From Octopus bimaculoides (Eukaryota), in contig NC_068982.1 in assembly GCF_001194135.2 (NCBI RefSeq), positions 187,693,617 through 187,727,715 of the forward strand: 34,099 bases of DNA, in the 5' to 3' direction. Made by a program: the position numbers and the translations under genes. Below the pieces are notes generated by a model, which was given only the letters and a program-made list of their open reading frames with translations, was not told the DNA's origin and ran no database searches. Shown here one piece after another: positions 31,301 to 34,099 of the stretch; positions within the stretch are counted from its first letter, which is position 1; every line of letters begins with the position of its first letter.

Positions 31301-33522
31301 TCTAACAAAAAAGAAAAAAAATGTAAATAATATATTTAATAAATCAAATTCGTTTGTCTTAAATATTCTAGGAAAATAACTATGGAACCAGAAATGCAGG
31401 CATACCTCAACTTACGTCGGTTTTTGGAGAAAAGTTCAGCAACCAATCACCGACGTAACACGAAAAGTCATTAAAACAAATTTATTAGCTCATATCGATT
31501 TTAATGAATGGTTTTGAAANNNNNNNNNNNNNNNNNNNNNNNNNNNNNNNNNNNNNNNNNNNNNNNNNNNNNNNNNNNNNNNNNNNNNNNNNNNNNNNNN
31601 NNNNNNNNNNNNNNNNNNNNNNNNNNNNNNNNNNNNNNNNNNNNNNNNNNNNNNNNNNNNNNNNNNNNNNNNNNNNNNNNNNNNNNNNNNNNNNNNNNNN
31701 NNNNNNNNNNNNNNNNNNNNNNNNNNNNNNNNNNNNNNNNNNNNNNNNNNNNNNNNNNNNNNNNNNNNNNNNNNNNNNNNNNNNNNNNNNNNNNNNNNNN
31801 NNNNNNNNNNNNNNNNNNNNNNNNNNNNNNNNNNNNNNNNNNNNNNNNNNNNNNNNNNNNNNNNNNNNNNNNNNNNNNNNNNNNNNNNNNNNNNNNNNNN
31901 NNNNNNNNNNNNNNNNNNNNNNNNNNNNNNNNNNNNNNNNNNNNNNNNNNNNNNNNNNNNNNNNNNNNNNNNNNNNNNNNNNNNNNNNNNNNNNNNNNNN
32001 NNNNNNNNNNNNNNNNNNNNNNNNNNNNNNNNNNNNNNNNNNNNNNNNNNNNNNNNNNNNNNNNNNNNNNNNNNNNNNNNNNNNNNNNNNNNNNNNNNNN
32101 NNNNNNNNNNNNNNNNNNNNNNNNNNNNNNNNNNNNNNNNNNNNNNNNNNNNNNNNNNTTTTTTTCTTTTATTGTTCAAGCATTGAATACCTACAAACCA
32201 ATAATGGAAACAATTTTATTTTTAGATGCGCATATAAGGATATACATAATCGTGGCACTCCGTCGGTTACGACGACGAAGGTTCCAGTTAATCCGATCAA
32301 CGGAACAGCCTGCTCGTGAAATTAACGTGCAAGTGGCTGAGCACTCCACAGACACGTGTACCTTTAACGTAGTACCCCGGAGAGATTCAGAGTGACGCAT
32401 AGTGTGACAAGGTTGGCCTTTTGAAATACATGTAGTACTCTGTTCATACTTTGCAAAAGAACCTTCTGGAATTCGCTCTGTCGATATTTCCCTCAAGACG
32501 CACTTTGTCTTTCAAATTTTGGTACAAAGCCGGCAATTTTGAGAAGGGAAAGTCGATTACATCGATGCCAGTTATCGACCCCGAAAGAATAAAAGGTGTA
32601 GTTAACCTCAGAGCCATTTGAACGTAAAGAGCCGGAAGAACTGTTAAGCGTTTTGTTCTGCTAATGATTTTGTAAGATTGTTTCCTTAAGCCTTTAACAT
32701 TCAAACCAGTCACACTAAGTTCAAATATCCTCCTAGTTTTATGTTTAAGTTGGCCAGATCTGGCCTCTTACACTCAGCCTATAATGTCTTTAAATATAAG
32801 CAATCACATAATCGAAATTTCAAAGCTATGGAAATAATACATGCTTAACCCTTTCGCATTCAAACTGGCTATATCTGGCCAAAATATATAACCTGTTTTA
32901 TGCTCAGACTGACCAGACCTGGCCTCTCGCCTCAACCCCACAGTCTCATTCTAAAACTGAATAATCACATCATCGAAATCTCCAAACTTCAAGATAATAC
33001 ATAATTCAAAACAATAAAGATAAACAAACACCGTTTTGAATTAACCCTTTAGCATTCAGATTACCGTCAAACATAATGTGAATAAATCAGCTTTACATTT
33101 GACAGAGAAATCTGTATGCTTTCGGGCTAATATCAATGAAATTCAATCTGAGCCACATTGAACCACAATGAACCGCTTTGATCCGGCTTGTGGGGGGTGG
33201 GTGGAGAATATACAAAGGCCAACGCAGCAGCTGCTTCCCTTCTTGTTAAGCGGGTACAACGGGTAGAAAAGTGGGTAAAACGGGTAGAAAATAGCTGTGT
33301 GTGCCTTACCTAAGACCAGTGAGATACCAATGTTGGCCTTCCCTGTTACAGAATGGAATCCAGAATATATTAATACGGTGGCGTGTGTTTGTTTGGAGAT
33401 ATCATAGACCAACATATTCTGAACAAATAAGTCTTCATGTTTGGGAGATTCCACATCCTTCAGATAAAGCACAACAGGGGGCGGACTGAATTGTAACACC
33501 AGACCTCCAGACTGACAAATAC
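11536..33522 (-). CDS. Multi-exon FASN/animal FAS-like PKS-related gene, 5'-partial: pseudo-ER + Ser/Pro linker + thioesterase. join(complement) 33310-33522, 31128-31301, 29814-30014, 28646-28863, 25440-25637, 24802-25174, 21431-21536, 20625-20745, 19238-19336, 16176-16342, 13078-13253, 11536-11720
   Basis: Hand-spliced. All introns are GT-AG; phases 1,1,1,0,0,1,2,0,0,2,1 agree at each junction; 2231 nt with no internal stop. FASN-like motifs: QPGQTLLIH, LTKGLGCDAAI, IGMSAFLRNLTLH (ER); PLFIVHPVTG, GPYRLAGYSFGACVAFEM, LILLDGSP, YDPRKKYHG, DGNHQTFL (TE). Confidence 0.9.
12419..12814 (-). pseudogene. Lys/Glu-rich ORF, probable retroelement gag/ORF1 remnant inside the last intron
   Basis: 131 open codons, more GC-rich than the flanks, no splice pattern fitting the host gene; identity is inference only. 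Confidence 0.3.
13078..13253 (-). CDS. Exon, 176 nt, phase 2-1: TE (PPSGKKNWLK...FIQNCHLGYQYDPRKKYH)
   Basis: Acceptor ttttctttcatttgtcgtag; donor CATG|gttggt; YQYDPRKKYHG resembles FASN EQYTPKAKYHG. Internal structure uncertain (possible 72-nt intron). Confidence 0.82.
15085..15352 (-). mobile_element. tRNA-headed SINE-like element joined to an aaattaacgtgcaagtggctgagcactcc module
   Basis: Minus-strand head cttagtggttagg...gagttcgattc; module also at ~32250-32440(+) and ~9050-9185(-); fragment at ~21000-21150. Confidence 0.65.
15508..15914 (-). mobile_element. tRNA-derived SINE, family B (head aggcgtaggagtggctgtgt..., internal TA/TG microsatellite, tail gaaacaagtaaaagag), full length
   Basis: tRNA-like A/B boxes in the head (B box ggttcagtccc); same modules in several other copies in the window. 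Confidence 0.85.
16176..16342 (-). CDS. Exon, 167 nt, phase 0-2: TE lid subdomain (FKEFLDIGFILSF...LLKLKDIESKLEWAVKYLFGKPLM)
   Basis: Acceptor ttgttttgtttcag; donor AG|gtaagc; LLKLKDIESKLEWAVKYL resembles FASN LLPLKGLEERVAAAVDLI. Confidence 0.88.
17171..17390 (+). mobile_element. tRNA-headed SINE-like element with a Penelope-type tail carrying a degenerate hammerhead motif
   Basis: A box TGGCGTAGTGG at 17178-17188; degenerate B box gagcttgattcc at 17221-17232; acac-CTGAAGA-a-ggctg...cagcc-aaagcgtt-gtgt at 17305-17348. Confidence 0.6.
17509..17719. mobile_element. Tc1/mariner-type MITE, 211 bp
   Basis: TIRs caaggtgcggcagaaag and cttttctgtcgcaccctg, TA on both sides; part of a larger inverted duplication with 16710-16893. 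Confidence 0.7.
19238..19336 (-). CDS. Exon, 99 nt, phase 0-0: TE catalytic Asp (VEVLILLDGSPQYFHSHCNYITRELPRDCSTKM)
   Basis: Acceptor tgtctgacag; donor ATG|gtaagt; LLDGSP matches FASN LFDGSP. Confidence 0.93.
20096..20560. mobile_element. Interspersed repeat family C (catcatcatcgtttaa...ggatgcccttcctaacgccaacc) with internal ~67-bp tandem units
   Basis: Homologous copies at ~17746-18230 and ~22990-23190 (opposite strand); ~3.4 tandem units at 20277-20500. Confidence 0.75.
20625..20745 (-). CDS. Exon, 121 nt, phase 2-0: TE nucleophile elbow (FYICIMEAANPCGPYRLAGYSFGACVAFEMALQLETSNKP); not in the ORF track in this frame
   Basis: Acceptor tattttcttcag; donor CCA|gtatgt; near-identical to FASN GPYRVAGYSYGACVAFEM. 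Confidence 0.95.
21431..21536 (-). CDS. Exon, 106 nt, phase 1-2: TE (NVHALKSLGQMLTMPCFGIRMTNKTPRNSVEDMA)
   Basis: Acceptor attattcttaaag; donor GA|gtaagt; resembles FASN [31 protein letters not shown]. Confidence 0.92.
21600..22577 (+). mobile_element. SINE family B copy whose internal microsatellite is spanned by an assembly gap
   Basis: Head ggagtggctgtgtggtaagtagcttgc; (TA)n, gap, (TG)n; tail gaaacaagtaaaagagtaaagagt. Other copies at ~2080-2400(-), 4826-5108(+), 8436-8870(+), 19482-19840(+), 22690-22980(-), 24451-24630(-), 26508-26872(-), 28130-28480(-). Confidence 0.85.
23482..23601. repeat. 29-bp GC-rich minisatellite (caacccccgtgccggcgccacctacagac), at least 4 copies, running into a gap
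   Basis: Units start at 23482 (variant), 23511, 23540, 23569. Confidence 0.95.
24802..25174 (-). CDS. Exon, 373 nt, phase 0-1: Ser/Pro-rich linker and TE start (KIFQSP...TLVPLNSLENGEKPLFIVHPVT)
   Basis: Acceptor ttatttatctttcag; donor ACAG|gttagt. LNSLENGEKPLFIVHP resembles FASN LNSVQSSERPLFLVHP. Confidence 0.88.
25440..25637 (-). CDS. Exon, 198 nt, phase 0-0: end of ER and start of linker (FCDGYSLQQSLLFTQLHTGEFETPVRL...FLENIKQTLSSYR); not in the ORF track
   Basis: Strong acceptor tcttctttttttcttttttag; donor CGG|gtacgt; 66 open codons. FTQLHTG falls 52 aa after NLTLH, versus 53 aa for FRYMAQG in human FASN. Confidence 0.75.
25818..25975. repeat. ~23-bp G-rich minisatellite (ggcacactggagggggcgcaggt), ~7 diverged copies
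   Basis: Direct inspection; abuts a family-C-like fragment and the 26030 gap. Confidence 0.85.
28646..28863 (-). CDS. Exon, 218 nt, phase 1-0: ER (INNAFITLADNGKLVLLGIPDPSEYIGMSAFLRNLTLH...ILNAKSFQ)
   Basis: Acceptor tcttctcccttcag-type pyrimidine tract ending cag at 28864; donor CAG|gtattt; an alternative donor TC|gtgagt would end the exon at 28614. IGMSAFLRNLTLH resembles FASN LGMAIFLKNVTFH. Confidence 0.85.
29159..29322. mobile_element. pogo/Tigger-type MITE, 164 bp
   Basis: TIRs tagtaatccctcg and cgagggattactg (12/13), TA on both sides; its internal motif gcgataggtgaaaatcc recurs at ~9850. Confidence 0.8.
29814..30014 (-). CDS. Exon, 201 nt, phase 1-1: ER (VLCLFLIEMASAFCKHIYV...ILSLTKGLGCDAAITSGT)
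   Basis: Acceptor ttctag; donor ACTG|gtaagt. LTKGLGCDAAI resembles FASN HTGGKGVDLVL. Confidence 0.85.
30495..31108. mobile_element. hAT (Charlie-like) non-autonomous DNA transposon with a nested SINE
   Basis: TIRs cagtggttctcaa and ctgagaacagctg (10/13); 8-bp TSD tcttagac (30487-30494) and ttttagac (31109-31116). Confidence 0.75.
30671..30902 (-). mobile_element. tRNA-derived SINE, family A (head aaggcggcgagctggcag), full length, with 14-bp TSD
   Basis: A-box-like tggcagaggcg and B-box gagttcaaattcc on the minus strand; flanks gagttcaacatgtt (30657-30670) and gagttcaatatgtt (30903-30916). Confidence 0.85.
31128..31301 (-). CDS. Exon, 174 nt, phase 1-1: ER (ERFYTRF...VLPYLISYHLLHRVLQLQPGQTLLIHPPFSQYKLIT)
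   Basis: Acceptor ttctttttttgttag; donor ACTG|gtattt. YHLLHRVLQLQPGQTLLIH resembles FASN YYALVVRGRVRPGETLLIH. Confidence 0.85.
32685..33070 (+). mobile_element. Tandem degenerate copies of a TTAACCC-terminated (piggyBac-like) repeat end
   Basis: Three (t)taaccctttagcattc-like starts at ~32687, 32845 and 33042 with similar downstream sequence; a related copy on the minus strand at ~16070-16157. Confidence 0.4.
33310..33522 (-). CDS. Exon, 213 nt, phase 1-1: N-terminal part of degenerate ER (ICQSGGLVLQFSPPP...VLIYSGFHSVTGKANIGISLVL)
   Basis: Acceptor ttttctttccag at 33523; donor TTAG|gtaagg at 33309; open frame; in phase with the next exon. Confidence 0.75.
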
Positions 33523-33741
33523 CTGGAAAGAAAAACACTTATTTAAATACGATCCTCGGCGATAATGTATTTTCCTTTATCTCTCTATAAAAGGCGATTT
33601 AAAATGTTGGTTGGCTGCTTTCTCTAGACATGCATTACATCGAATAGCGAGAGGAAGTAGAGAGAGAAAGAGACTTAATTGAAAGATTAGTGTACATATT
33701 AGGCTTGGTGACAGGCAATGAGTAAATGAATGAATACCCAC

Positions 33742-33875
33742 ACAGCACGAGAGAATCGCAGACGGAGGAGCGGAAGTAAACTACTGAATAGTCATAGGAT
33801 TTGTTATACAAATAAGAAATTTGTTTTAATTCCATTTTAAGGTAATAAATGCTTTTCTTCAGAAAATTAGTATCC
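33742..33875 (-). CDS. Candidate additional upstream exon, 134 nt, phase 2-1 (DTNFLKKSIYYLKMELKQISYLYNKSYDYSVVYFRSSVCDSLVL)
   Basis: Strong acceptor caatttttcttgtatctag; open frame inside ORF 33635-33967; donor T|gtgggt fits the phase of exon 33522. A competing phase-2 donor GG|gtattc does not fit. No clear homology. Confidence 0.4.
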
Positions 33876-33952
33876 CTAGATACAAGAAAAATTGTAATAG
33901 ATATGTCTACCATATTTCTCGATATTAGCCATGATGGTAAAAGTATACTTCC

Positions 33953-34099
33953 AAAGTTAGCCGTCATACGGCGACTGACAGCTTAAAGTTAGCCGTCATA
34001 CGGCGACTGACAGCTTAAAGTTAGCCGTCATACGGCGACTGACAGCTTAAAGTTAGCCGTCATACGGCGACTGACAGCTTAAAGTTAGCCGTCATACGG
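33953..34099. repeat. 32-bp minisatellite (aaagttagccgtcatacggcgactgacagctt), at least 4.6 identical copies, cut by the window end
   Basis: Units start at 33953, 33985, 34017, 34049, 34081. Confidence 0.95.

Larger units (their letters stand above)
1365..32158. other. Assembly gaps (N runs): 1365-1734, 5109-5824, 8611-8745, 21787-22329, 23602-24450, 26030-26422, 31520-32158
   Basis: Direct; most abut micro/minisatellites or SINEs. ORFs crossing them are artefacts. Confidence 0.98.

Noticed and set aside
11536-33522. Assigning the symbol FASN, or calling the locus a pseudogene
   Set aside because: The missing KR/ACP and degenerate ER argue against canonical FASN orthology; twelve in-phase, stop-free exons with an intact TE triad argue against a pseudogene.
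33953-34099. CRISPR-like array (32-bp and 29-bp repeats)
   Set aside because: Head-to-tail repeats with no spacers, no cas genes, eukaryotic context.

Overview
AT-rich, repeat-dense animal genomic DNA with seven assembly gaps. The SINE families resemble those of octopod/coleoid cephalopods; this is recognition from memory, not a search result. Almost all ORF-track entries are microsatellite, SINE or gap artefacts. The real gene is on the minus strand: 12 GT-AG exons from 33522 to 11536 splice, with matching phases at every junction, into one uninterrupted 2231-nt frame (about 743 aa to the stop; the 5' end probably lies outside the window). The product is an animal fatty-acid-synthase (FASN)/FAS-like PKS derivative with an unusual architecture: a degenerate enoyl-reductase (no Gly-rich NADPH loop, catalytic Lys position is Ile), then a ~140-aa linker, Ser/Pro-rich in its second part, where KR and ACP should be, then a thioesterase with an intact Ser-Asp-His triad. 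Introns and the 3' flank hold tRNA-derived SINEs, hAT- and pogo/mariner-type MITEs, minisatellites, a long inverted repeat and two degenerate Penelope-type hammerhead ribozyme motifs.
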